In this document: positions 26,001 through 41,039 of the stretch, in pieces
Layout of the letters: each line of letters opens with the position of its first letter
Position numbering within the stretch: the stretch's first letter is position 1
Source: Eledone cirrhosa
Taxonomy: Eukaryota
NCBI GenBank assembly: GCA_964016885.1
Contig: OZ024757.1
Coordinates: 24,862,001-24,926,000, forward strand
DNA length: 64,000 bases
Direction of reading: 5' to 3'
Notes under the pieces: model-generated
The model's input: only the letters and a program-made list of their open reading frames with translations
Told to the model about the DNA's origin: nothing
Database searches by the model: none
Position numbers and translations under genes: made by a program

Positions 26001-28746
26001 GTGGCACCAAACTACCATTTTACAATGTGGACTGTGGACTAGGGGCTGGGGTGTGGGACATTTTTTGACGTGGCACCAAACTACCATTTTACAATGTGGA
26101 CTGTGGGCTAGGGGCTGGGGTGTGGGACATTTTTTGACGTGGCACCAAACTACCATTTTACAATGAGGACTGTGGGCTAGGGGCTGGGGTGTGGGACATT
26201 TTTTGACGTGGCACCAAACTACCATTTTACAATGTGGACTGTGGGCTAGAGGCTGGGGTGTGGGACATTTTTTACGTGGCACCAAACTACCATTTTACAA
26301 TGTGGACTGTGGGCTAGGGGCTGGGGTGTGGGACATTTTTTGACGTGGCACCAAACTACCATTTTACAATGTGGACTGTGGGCTAGGGGCTGGGGTGTGG
26401 GACATTTTTTGACGTGGCACCAAACTACCATTTTACAATGTGGACTGTGGACTAGGGGCTGGGGTGTGGGACATTTTTTGACGTGGCACCAAACTACCAT
26501 TTTACAATGTGGACCGTAGACTAGTGTTTGGGGTGTGGGACCTTTTTTGACGTGGCACAAAACTACCATTTTACAATGTGGACTGTGGGCTAGGGGCTGG
26601 GATGTGGGACATTTTTTGACGTGGCACAAAACTACCATTTTACAATGTGGACTGTGGGCTAGGGGCTGGGATGTGGTACCTTTTTTGACGTGGCACCAAA
26701 CTACCATTTTACAATGTGGACTGTGGACTAGGGGCTGGGGTGTGGGACATTTTTTGACGTGGCACCAAACTACCATTTTACAATGTGGACTGTGGGCTAG
26801 GGGTGAGGCTGTGGGACCTTTTTTGACGTGGCACCAAACTACCATTTTACAATGTGGACTGTGGGCTAGGGGTGAGGCTGTGGGACCTTTTTTGACGTGG
26901 CACCAAACTACCATTTTACAATGTGGACTGTAGACTAGAGGCTGGGGTGTGGGACCTTTTTTGACGTGGCACCAAACTACCATTTTACAATGTGGACTGT
27001 GGGCTAGGGGTGAGGCTGTGGGACCTTTTTTGACGTGGCACCAAACTACCATTTTACAATGTGGACTGTGGGCTAGGGGTGAGGCTGTGGGACCTTTTTT
27101 GACGTGGCACCAAACTACCATTTTACAATGTGGACTGTGGGCTAGGGGCTGGGGTGTGGGACATTTTTTGACGTGGCACCAAACTACCATTTTACAATGT
27201 GGACTGTGGGCTAGAGGCTGGGGTGTGGTACCTTTTTTGACGTGGCACCAAACTACCATTTTACAATGTGGACTGTGGGCTAGGGGCTGGGGTGTGGGAC
27301 ATTTTTTGACGTGGCACCAAACTACCATTTTACAATGTGGACTGTGGACTAGGGGCTGGGGTGTGGGACATTTTTTGACGTGGCACCAAACTACCATTTT
27401 ACAATGTGGACTGTGGACTAGGGGCGAGGCTGTGGGACCATTTTTTACGTGGCACCAAACTACCATTTTACAATGTGGACTGTGGGCTAGGGGCTGGGGT
27501 GTGGGACATTTTTTGACGTGGCACCAAACTACCATTTTACAATGTGGACTGTGGGCTAGAGGCTGGGGTGTGGGACATTTTTTGACGTGGCACCAAACTA
27601 CCATTTTACAATGTGGACTGTGGACTAGAGGCTGGGGTGTGGTACCTTTTTTGACGTGGCACCAAACTACCATTTTACAATGTGGACTGTGGGCTAGAGG
27701 CTGGGGTGTGGTACCTTTTTTGACGTGGCACCAAACTACCATTTTACAATGTGGACTGTGGACTAGAGGCTGGGGTGTGGTACCTTTTTTGACGTGGCAC
27801 CAAACTACCATTTTACAATGTGGACTGTGGACTAGGGGCTGGGGTGTGGGACCTTTTTTGACGTGGCACCAAACTACCATTTTACAATGTGGACTGTGGG
27901 CTAGGGGCTGGGGTGTGGGACCTTTTTGACGTGGCACCAAACTACCATTTTACAATGTGGACTGTGGGCTAGAGGCTGGGGTGTGGGACATTTTTTGACG
28001 TGGCACCAAACTACCATTTTACAATGTGGACTGTGGACTAGAGGCTGGGGTGTGGGACATTTTTTGACGTGGCACCAAACTACCATTTTACAATGTGGAC
28101 TGTGGACTAGGGGCTGGGGTGTGGGACCTTTTTGACGTGGCACCAAACTACCATTTTACAATGTGGACTGTGGGCTAGAGGCTGGGGTGTGGGACATTTT
28201 TTGACCTGGCACCAAACTACCATTTTACAATGTGGACTGTGGACTAGGGGCTGGGATGTGGGACCTTTTTTGACGTGGCACAAAACTACCATTTTACAAT
28301 GTGGACTGTGGGCTAGGGGCTGGGGTGTGGGACATTTTTTGACGTGGCACCAAACTACCATTTTACAATGTGGACTGTGGACTAGGGGCTGGGGTGTGGG
28401 ACCTTTTTTGACGTGGCACCAAACTACCATTTTACAATGTGGACTGTGGGCTAGGGGCTGGGGTGTGGGACATTTTTTGACGTGGCACCAAACTACCATT
28501 TTACAATGTGGACTGTTGACTAGGGGCTGGGGTGTGGGACCTTTTTGTCGTGGCACCAAACTACCATTTTACAATGTGGACTGTGGACTAGGAGCTGGGG
28601 TGTGGTACCTTTTTTGACGTGGCACTAAACTACCATTTTACAATGTGGACCGTAGACTAGTGTTTGGGGTGTGGGACCTTTTTTGACGTGGCACCAAACT
28701 ACCATTTTACAATGTGGACTGTGGGCTAGAGGCTGGGGTGTGGGAT
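23052..28746. repeat. Satellite array, 69-bp unit, about 82 copies, G-rich on +
   Basis: TTTTACAATGTGGACTGTGG(A/G)CTAG(G/A)GGCTGGGGTGTGGGACATTTTTTGACGTGGCACCAAACTACCA. Confidence 0.98.
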
Positions 28747-29341
28747 TTGGAGAGGTAGATCTAGGGTGGGGCACTTATCTGTTGAAGGGCATGGAAGTGG
28801 GGAAGTGGTGCATACTCAATGTATGCACGTGGGGGTGCAGGACTTCCGTATTACTAATTAACACCAAATACCGCAATCCAGCGTCATCGCCTTTGTGAGG
28901 TGCCACTGTGCAAGGTCAGCTTTTATCACATCATCCCAAGTTTTCCTCACATTTCCTACTCCATTGCTTCCAACAATACACACATATACATATATATACA
29001 CACATACACATACATCATCATCTTAAGTTTGTCGATATATATATATATATAATATATACATACACACATACACTTCATCATCATCATTTTTAATATCCAA
29101 TTTCTATGCCGGCATGGGTTGGACAGGCTGGAGCAACATCATCTTGATCATGTTCCAAATTTGTTGTGTTTTCTATGGCCGGCTCCACTTCCTAACATGC
29201 CCACTACCACCTATCCTTCTTCTTTACTCACTTGTCACACCTCTGTCCTATCCTATTCCACAATATTAAGAACTAACACTTCCCTCCTCTCACCTCTCCT
29301 CTCTTCCAAAGCAGTTATTACAGTCTACTAACACCCACTTA

Positions 29342-29697
29342 CTAGCAGTGGTACTCGGCGTTGCACGGGATATGGTATTTTGATATGCAGGCCGCCAACA
29401 GACCTAATCGTGGAAAAATGCATGCCTGGACAATATGTAAAGAAAATATACCGAATACTCTGATGGCTGGATAATCTTTAAGATTTTCCTCGATGAAGCA
29501 GGAAAAATGCAGGTTTTCACCTAATGCGGGCCCTAGGGGATCAAAAGCTAGAATTTCTTTATGTGCATAACACTCCCTGAAATATAAGTAATACACATGT
29601 AAAGTTTGAAAAATGTTGGTTGGGTACTTCTCGAGTTTTATGGATTCAAACTCACAGACACACACACAGACAGACATCCTCAGTTTGATATATACAG
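29342..29697 (-). mobile_element. Non-autonomous Helitron-like element
   Basis: Minus-strand 3' end CCCGTGCAACGCCGAGTACCACTGCTAG (hairpin + CTAG); 5' end with a TATATCAAA head and (GTCT/GT) microsatellite. Confidence 0.7.
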
Positions 29698-29802
29698 TTA
29701 TTACAGTCTACTAACACCTATACACTATGTACATATATATATAGTTATTACAGTCTACTAACACCTATACACTATATATATATATATATATATATATATC
29801 TA

Positions 29803-30128
29803 TCATCATCATCATCATCATCATCATCATTTTACGTCCGCTTTTCCCTGCTTGCAAGGGTGGGACGGGAATTGATTCTGGCTTGATTTCTACAGCTGGA
29901 TGCCCTTCCTAACATCAACCTCATTTACAGTGAGTGCTGGGTGCTTTTTTGCCGTGGCACCTCCACGACCACTTTACAGTGGAATGATATAGACCCCAGT
30001 CCCTATCATCTCATTTCTACAGCTGAGTAAACTGGAGCAATGTGAAATAAAGTGTCTTGCTCAAGGAAACAACACATCAACCTTTCGATTGCAAGGCCAA
30101 TGCTCTAACCACTAAGCTATGTGCCTCC
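29803..30128 (-). mobile_element. CORE-type SINE family A (B box deleted)
   Basis: Reverse complement of family A. Confidence 0.85.
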
Positions 30129-30493
30129 ATATATATATGAAGTGTTCATTCTACTGACATGGCTATAAAATTGAGGCTTGTCTACATAATTGCAAACAAA
30201 TCGAATGTTAATATTCGAAAAACTCAGATTACATTTATTGTATTCAGCCATGTAGAGCGAAATATTCTTTTTTATTTGAATTTGGCAAAGCCGGCCATTT
30301 ATCGCTCGTATACAGGAAACTGACTGGCCAGTCTGCTGATATACAAATCTGGCTGATCAGTGGATCTGCTAATATGCAGATCTGACTGATCAGCCAGTCT
30401 GCTAACATGTAAATCAGGCCGATCAGTCACTGTGTATTTTTGAAAATAGCATTTATATTTTCACTAGCTCTGACAGTTTGGCAGGTGAGCAGT

Positions 30494-30543
30494 GAGCTGT
30501 ACTGATGAAGGGTGACCCCTAGAAACATTAGTGTCTGCAGTTC
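30494..30543 (+). ncRNA. Compact type I hammerhead ribozyme motif with GUC cleavage site
   Basis: Stem I GAGCTGTA/TGCAGTTC; CTGATGA; stem II AGGG-TGAC-CCCT plus one extra A; GAAAC-A-TTAG-T-GTC. Confidence 0.65.
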
Positions 30544-31011
30544 TGTTCGCATGGAAAACAGTGACCGTACTGCAGAATCGATTTCATAAAATGGTAGTGT
30601 ATGATCGTTAAATGTAGAAGGATGATAGTTTATTAACAGCGAAATAGCAATGTCGATGATATGCAAGTTTAAAAATGCATATTATGAAGGTTTGTATGAT
30701 AGTTTACACTTTTTCCTGAAACTGCTTCTTTATAATAAACTTTCAATAATATTTTTCAAATTATTGGTACTGTATGTTAACAGCGAAAGAACATTGATGA
30801 GTTTAAAAATTAGTATGAAATTGTAAATAAGACAAAAGTATTAGAACATGGGGAAATAACTCACAGAATGCGATAGTTTTGGGGCCCCAGGGACCTTTTT
30901 ACATAGGCGTGTAAATTTTCATGTCAGTCCGACCACATCTACTACCATTTAACCGTGCACATCTGAATTTCAACCACCGCCCATTTCACAAATATATATT
31001 AGATATATATA

Positions 31012-31742
31012 TCATCATGATCATCATCATCGTTTGACGTCCATCTTCCACGCTTGCATGGGTTTGGACGGGAGTTTTCCTACTTGAGGCAAGAGTGGTT
31101 GTCTTGCTTGCATCGGACTGTCTGGCGGGTTTTCTACGGCTGGATGCCCTTCCTAACACCAACCACGTTTACAGTGTAGACTGGGAGGTTTTTACCGTGT
31201 TACCTACACGGCCACATTACAGCGTGGACTGTGTGGTTTTTTGTCGTGACACCTACACGACCTCATTTGTTTCAAACTGGATGTTGTGGTACCAACATAA
31301 CTTTACATTGAAAGGGGTGGGGGTAGTGGGACGGGGTTGTATTTTTGTTAGAGGTGCCTACTGACTGTAGTAAATTTCACTTTGTACTTAGGTAAGGCGG
31401 GTCTTCTGTATTACTGTGTAGCGCCAAAGATCTCGGTCCAGTGACATTGTCTTGGAGAGGTGTAAGTGTGTGAGGTCGGAATTTATCAAGTCGTCCCAGG
31501 TTTTTCTGGGTCTGCCTACTCCGTGGCTACCGTCTATTTTTATTGCCCTGCACTTTTTTATACAGCTGTCGTCTTCCATGCGCATCACGTGACCGTACCA
31601 ACGTAGTCTTCTCTCGAGTAAACAACATCTGATCCCTCTTATTTCTAATTTTTCCCTTAGTTCGTTTATGCTTTGCCGTTCACGTATATTACTATTACAC
31701 ATCCAACGGAGCATGCAAGCCTTGTTCCTCTGCAGTCTACGT
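31012..31742 (-). mobile_element. RTE LINE 3' fragment (ORF C-terminus and UTR)
   Basis: RRLRWYGHVMRM...GRPRKTW; (GAT)n tail. Confidence 0.92.
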
Positions 31743-31814
31743 AATGTCATTGTTTGTATAGTTCATTTTTATGTATATATATATACATAAAAATGTCATG
31801 TATATATGTATATG

Positions 31815-31894
<80 letters not shown>

Positions 31895-32024
31895 CATACA
31901 TATATATATACATAAAAATGTCAAAGGTAGAACTATACAAACAATATTCAAAGGAGAGAATAAATATGGTTTTGGGATGAAAGAAGTTTAATTTTCCATT
32001 GATACTCTTTTTTGTATATATATA

Positions 32025-32091
32025 TATTGGGTTGTCAAGTATGAAATTTGAAGGCAAAAACATTTCTACAAATTTCATACTTGACCCAATA
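32025..32091. mobile_element. Ultra-short Tc1/mariner-like MITE
   Basis: TA-TTGGGT(TG)TCAAGTATGAAATTTG ... CAAATTTCATACTTGACCCAA-TA; TIRs within TA context. Confidence 0.55.
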
Positions 32092-32094
32092 TAT

Positions 32095-32134
<40 letters not shown>

Positions 32135-32137
<3 letters not shown>

Positions 32138-34850
32138 ATAAAAGATTCAGACGAAACCAAACATCAGTCTATAGAGATATGAAGGGCAAAATAATAAGTG
32201 TCCCAGAAAGACAAATTCCTTTTGGAGCAAAATATGGGGTGAAAAGAAGAATTTCAACCAAGATGCAGTGTGGCTAAGAGAAATCCGAAAGAACTATTGC
32301 TCCTACACTACAACAAAAACATACAAAATAAGTGAGGGTACCCTTGAGACTGTGATAGGAAAACTCCAAGATAAGAAAACACCAAGAAGAGACATGATTG
32401 TCGGCTACTGGTACAACAAACTGACATTCTATCGGAGGTATCTTACCGACCTCTACCAACAAGTTCTTAAGGGAGATACACTTATACAAGAATGGTTGAC
32501 ATTAGCACAAACATTACTGGTCCCCAAGAACAAAGACACCCACTTGGCAAAAAACCCCATTGCATGCCAGAACCTGATCTATAAGATGTATACAGCCAGC
32601 CTGAACCTATTCCTCCAAGATCACTGTGAAAATAATAACATCATCACAGATGAACAAGCAGGTGGAAAGAAAGGGGTTTGGCGATGTGCTGAACAACTCC
32701 TAATCAACAAAACTGCGATGTTGGAGGTGCGACAACTCAGGATGAATATGACTACAGTCTGGCTGGACTACAGGAAAGCTTTTGATTCTGTTCCCCACTC
32801 TTGGATGATAGAGGCCCTTCGACTTGCAAAAGTCCCAGACATTATTGTCAGAGCCATAGAGAGGCTGTCTTCTTCTTGGGCTACTATCCTAAGGTTAAAG
32901 ACAGAGAGGGAGGACTCTATTTTCACTGATAAAATAAAATATTGCAGGGGTATATTTCAGGGGGACAGTCTCTCTGTGATATTGTTCATTTTGTCATTAA
33001 ACCCCTTGTCCTTTCTGCTCAAGAAATGTGAGGGATACATCATTCGCTCACAGGAGGACAGAAATACGAACCTAACCCATCATTTCTTTGTGGACGATCT
33101 GAAACTCTATGCCAAGAACATGGATGGGATGAAGAAAAATCTTGACCTGGTTACAACGTTCTCAAAGGATATAGGAATGGAGTTTGGCCAAGATTGCTCA
33201 TACACGACAGTAAAGCGGGGAAAAACAACAACCCAATCTAGCAACATTGTCATCAATGGCCTAACTGTTTCACCGATATCTGATGAGGACTGCTACAGAT
33301 ACCTGGGGATAGATGAGAACATATCCTATAATGGTATCTGTAATAAAGAACGCGTAACCAAGGAATACTACACCCTATTAAGAAAGATCTGGTCATCGGA
33401 ACTCTCTGCGCAAAACAAAACAGTGGCTCACAGTGTGTTTGCTGTGCCTGTCCTAACACCAACGTTTGGAATACTCAATTGGACGATAGACGAAATCCGA
33501 GCAGTTGATGTTGGAACTCGAAAAATACTAAACAACACCGGCAACTTCCACATCAACAGTGACATAGACTGCCTTTACTTGAAACGTAAGCAGGGAGGCA
33601 GATGCCTAACATCAGTCCAGACAACATTTGAATGTCGCATCATATCTCTCCGACAAAATCTGCGAACCTCGAAGCGTAGGAGCCGGTTTCTCGAGCAAGT
33701 CTATCTGCATGAAACAGATAAGATCATGAGAGTTGGGAAGGAACTCCTCGAGAGATATTCCCTGTGTGATAATCAAAAACTCACACCCAGGGATGTCGCT
33801 CAGCAGTATCGCAGTGAATCCATGGATGAAAAACTGCATGCCTATCAGCAAAAAATCATGCATGGATATGTTGCCAGGAAGCTCCAGAGTGAGAGTAATA
33901 TAGATAAGGAAAGTAGTCTATCTTGGACCAACAACCGCTATATTGGCTCCCACTTTGAAGGATACGCTTTTGCAATCTAGGAACAGGAGATTAGCACGAA
34001 ATACCTGATTCACAAAAGAGATAGGGATGCAGGCAAAACACCTAGATGTGATAACAAGTGCAGACTCTGCAGAACTTACATCGAGGATATCACCCATGTC
34101 ATCAGCAGCTGTTCAAAGATGTCATCGCGGTACTATCTACCTATGAGGCATGATGTAGTGGCCAAAACACTGTACAATGCAGTTCGTAAAAAAGATAGCC
34201 CCGATAATAAACACATTAAAAGCTACAACAATGTGGAAGACATCCATGTACATAATATGAAAGAATACTGGTGGAATGTTCCAGTAAAAAGCCCAATAAA
34301 ATGCAGACATAACAGACCAGATATTATGATATGGGACAGGGGGAAGAAAACATGCACAGTAGTGGAAATTAGCTGCCCAGCAGATGCCAATATTATATCA
34401 AAGATTAGTGAAAAGGAGAATATTTATGCAGAACCGATGAGAAATCTGCAGATACTCCACCCTGATTACACCTTCAGATTTATGCCTGTGATTATTGGGA
34501 CACTGGGATATGTTAGTAAATGCCTCAATACAAATCTTAGGAAATTACAAGTACAATCCTTTAATGGAACAGTAAAAATATGTAAAACATTCCTAAGATT
34601 TTGCATCTAATAACTGCATATACACATACAAAGCATATACACATGCACACATACAACTCAAAACATCCACATACACACATACAATAACATCCATAGCTAC
34701 ACATGCATGCATACATACATATCTACCTAGTTGATGTTGTGTAAATTCCAATGAGAGAGTCTTGTGACTATGTTATAATTTCACAAAGTTTTACCAATAG
34801 ACTCTCCCTCTATTGGTAAAACTTTGTGAAATTATAAAAACCAGAAGAAC
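32135..34850 (+). mobile_element. R4/Dong-like non-LTR retrotransposon (RT, CCHC knuckle, restriction-like endonuclease), 5'-truncated pseudogene
   Basis: WLDYRKAFDSVPH, GIFQGDSLS, FVDDLKLY, CRLC...HVISSC, RHD, NRPDI...VVEISCP; premature TAG at 33978 where the second copy has CAG. Confidence 0.9.
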
Positions 34851-34969
34851 ATACATACATATACATATATATATACACACACACTTCTAGTCCTGTATAT
34901 ATTAAATATTTATACTCTGCTATGTATTGAGTACCTTACTGTGGTTACCCCCGATTGAACCCAAGATAA

Positions 34970-35007
<38 letters not shown>

Positions 35008-35068
35008 ATTTGTATATATATATGTACATATCTGTGTATATACATATATATATATATATGTACGTATC

Positions 35069-35104
<36 letters not shown>

Positions 35105-35186
35105 AACAAATAGTAGAAAGGAAAAAGATTTTTTCAGTAGAAAATGTTGAAGAGATTCTTTCAGTGAAATATCAAAACATTAATTT

Positions 35187-35370
35187 ATGGATTGGCAGTA
35201 TCGGTAGAGGGTCGGACGCCATGCTTTGATGCAAAGAGTTACAGCCCTTGCTATTCTGAGTTCAAATCCCTCCGAGGTTAACTTTGCCTTTCATCCTTAC
35301 GGGGTCGATCAAATAAAGTACCAGTAATACACTGGGTAATTGCTGGCCTAGTGCCAAAAGTAGAAACAAT
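35187..35370 (+). mobile_element. SINE family B
   Basis: Full copy, matches 2013-2200. Confidence 0.82.
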
Positions 35371-35462
35371 TAATTTATTTACAATACCGGTTTCAGTATT
35401 ATATGCATTCTCAAAAGCGGATATGCAGAATATTGTTAAGTTGCATATTTGTATAAATAGTG

Positions 35463-35496
<34 letters not shown>

Positions 35497-35809
35497 GGGG
35501 AAGAAAAATTAATTTTCACATACATGTTCATTCAGAGAAGAGAGTTCATTTCTCTGTCCATCCTTCTCTGTTAAAAGCTTGGTTTTATATATACATATAC
35601 AGTTGGTGTTGCTGTTTTTGAACTGGCTAGGGTATCGGGTTACCGGATTGGTGAATTAGTTCAAAGGGAAGCATGTATGGACTGTTAGTCTATTTTTTTC
35701 CTTTTATGCTAGATTCAATTCACTTAGATACTATTTCAAATTTTAGATATCTATCCATAGATGCCGAAGTTATAATGTTACTAAATATAAAAGAATTTTG
35801 AATTACTTA

Positions 35810-36318
35810 TTTCATAGTACATTTAACTTTACGTTTTAACTAGATACCTGTGAAAAGTCTTGCTGATTTTGTGCAGACAAGAACTAAAAAATTCTGGGCA
35901 TTTATTTATAATTTTATGTCTATTGTTTATGATGTGGAGAATCTCAGTGGTACAGAGGTCACACCCTTTAGATATAAAAGCATTTGTATATGGAAAAGCG
36001 TGTGAGAGTTTTTGCCAAGAAAGGGAGTATTCAACATTATTATTTTTAAGCGATCAAATCAGTTCTGACAGGGCCATGCTAAATCTTTTATCTTCTCTTT
36101 TAAATAAATAGCGATGATTGTACCACCTTACCTTAAATCTAGTGGAAGTTGCACCAATATAGCTATAAGACTTGCTACTAGTTTTAACTTTGCATTCATA
36201 AACTATATTATTATCATCTAAACAGCTATTATTCAATGGGCAAATATTACGATTTTTACAGTTGCAGTTATTTCTGTCATCATTCGAAGTTCCCTCCCTG
36301 TGTGTCGGTAGGTTTGTC
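35810..36318 (-). pseudogene. Penelope-like (Naiad-type) GIY-YIG endonuclease fragment
   Basis: CNCKNRNICPLNNSCL..NIVYECKV...YIGATSTRFKVRWYNH...LSELI*SLK...CDLCTTE...INKCPEFFSSCLHK. Confidence 0.8.
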
Positions 36319-36319
36319 T

Positions 36320-36512
36320 CATCATCATCATTTTACGTCCGCTTTTCCCTGCTTGCAAGGGTTGGACGGGTCCTATTCAGCACAGTATCTCTCCACCCGT
36401 CACGGTCCTTCGTCATCTCCTGTGAGTTTCAGCGATCTGAGGTCTGCTCTCACCACCTCCGCCCATGTTTTTCGTGGTCTACCTCTACTGCGTCTTCCCT
36501 CCACTGGGACTT
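36320..36512 (-). mobile_element. 3' end of the second RTE family
   Basis: RGRPRKTWAEVVRADL running into CCCTTGCAAGCAGGGAAAAGCGGACGTAAAATGATG. Confidence 0.8.
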
Positions 36513-36653
36513 CCTGGTACGAATTTTCCTGGATACCCACAGAAGAGCACAGGAATTCTAGCTTTCACTTAATAATCTTGTGAAACAGATTTACATTTGT
36601 CCGGGTATCATAGGCTATTTGCCCGATATAGGTTTGTTATTTTTATTGATTTA

Positions 36654-36780
36654 CTAGCAGTGGTATACGGCGTTGCGCGGGATAAGGTATTTTGGAACGC
36701 AGGTCGCCAACAGACCTAATCGTGGAAAAACCGCATGCCTGAACAATATGTAAAGAAAATAAACCTAATACCAAGAAACC
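36654..36780 (-). mobile_element. Helitron-like 3' fragment, same family as 29342
   Basis: CTAGCAGTGGTATACGGCGTTGCGCGGGATAAGGTATTTT...CAACAGACCTAATCGTGGAAAAA. Confidence 0.7.
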
Positions 36781-36914
36781 TTGGTGGGGTTGCCAGTTTA
36801 GTCGCCAACGACGCGACCATGAGACAGGTTGTACTGGGATACATGTTAACAGTAGCATATATATATACATACATATATACATACAAATATATATACATAC
36901 ATATATATATATAT

Positions 36915-38112
36915 ATATAAATGAAAACAGAGAGAAAGAGATGATTATGAGGAAGAAAAATATTTTTTTTTCCTTTTTTTTGTGTCTCGCTCTCTCTTTT
37001 TTCTGGGTTAGAAAATGATGAAAACGAAATGTTTTACTTTGTGTGAAGTGTTAAGGTATTAGTTGATTTATTTATTATTTAACAATGGCATTTATTTATC
37101 TATTTATATATTTAATTATTGTCTATTACTGGTTTCTGCATTTATATGCATTATCAAATGATAGTGAAATGTATTAGTGTGGTGTCGCACATGTTAAACA
37201 GAAGGTGCAGAAAGAATAATGTTATATACAAACAAGGTTTAAGAAGTGAAAAGAAAAAAGAAAAAGGAACAAAAACCGTGCATAATGTGGAGCGTAAAAA
37301 GTCAATGTGGAAGAAAAGTTAATGTTATTTACAAGCACAGTCTTTGAAGTTAAGCAGTTCAAAATGTGTTAATATCGCAAGAGTGTTTAGTTGAACCATG
37401 GTTCCGTGAAGGAGACAAATGGTGGACTGTGGTGTGATATGATTTCCCTTTTTAGAGAGTTAATATGCAGGGGGAAGCAATTCTTGCTGGGTGATATTTA
37501 ATTTATTTAAGAAAAAGGATTAGGTAGGGTGTGAGGGAGGTAATTCTTGTAAATGTTTGATGGTTTGTTGCAGTATTAGAAAGATCCGAATTTTAGGGCA
37601 TTGAGTACTGGTTGAAATTTATTAATGAAATGTTTCCTTATTGGTGCGTTGGATGAAAGTGTTGTCTATGAATTTGTAAATGGGGAGAATTTTAAAGTTT
37701 GGAAGTTGGTTGAGAGCACAGTTGGCGATATGTTCACTAAATGCAATCTTTCTGTATTCCTGTATTTTAATTTGTGATTTATGGACGGTCATACATTGAT
37801 GGAGGCTGTTTTTTATCTGTCCTATATAGTGCTCTAGACAACCTGAGCAAGTCAAAACATAGATAAGGTTTTCAGATGCACATGTAAATAAATAAGTGCC
37901 ATTGTTAAATAATAAATAAACCAACTAATACCTTAACACTTCACACAAAGTAAAACATTTCGTTTTAATCATTTTCTAACCCAGAAAAAAAGAGAGAGAG
38001 AGACAAAAAAAAAAGGAAAAAATATATTTTTCTTCCTCATAATCGTCTCTTGCTCCCTGTTTTCATATATATATATCCTAACTCGTGTGCCTCCGATCCA
38101 CATTTTATTATT
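36915..38112 (-). mobile_element. Truncated Penelope-like element: GIY-YIG fragment bracketed by about 185-bp inverted repeats
   Basis: TCASENLIYVLTCSGCLEHYIGQ...H...EHIANC at 37622-37884; 36915-37100 is inverted relative to 37885-38070; (TA)n on both sides. Confidence 0.85.
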
Positions 38113-40967
<2,855 letters not shown>

Positions 40968-41039
40968 TCATCATCATCATTCGTCGACTACTGTCGAGAT
41001 GATGGATCTCACTCTGATGCTGCCCCCAGGCATATATAT

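Noticed and set aside
23146-28617. Long repeat ORFs on both strands (WHQTTILQCGLW / HCKMVVWCHVKK)
   Set aside because: The 69-bp unit is a multiple of 3; frequent 1-bp indels and stops break the frames; no unique coding flanks
33280-33300. CTGATGAGGAC hammerhead-like core
   Set aside because: Coding sequence of the R4-like RT, with no matching GAAA or stems; likewise the minus-strand CTGATGA at about 9805, 10035, 10657 and 56478
37010-37045. AATGATGAAAACGAAATGTTTTAC as a degenerate hammerhead in the PLE inverted repeat
   Set aside because: Lacks C3 and a credible stem II
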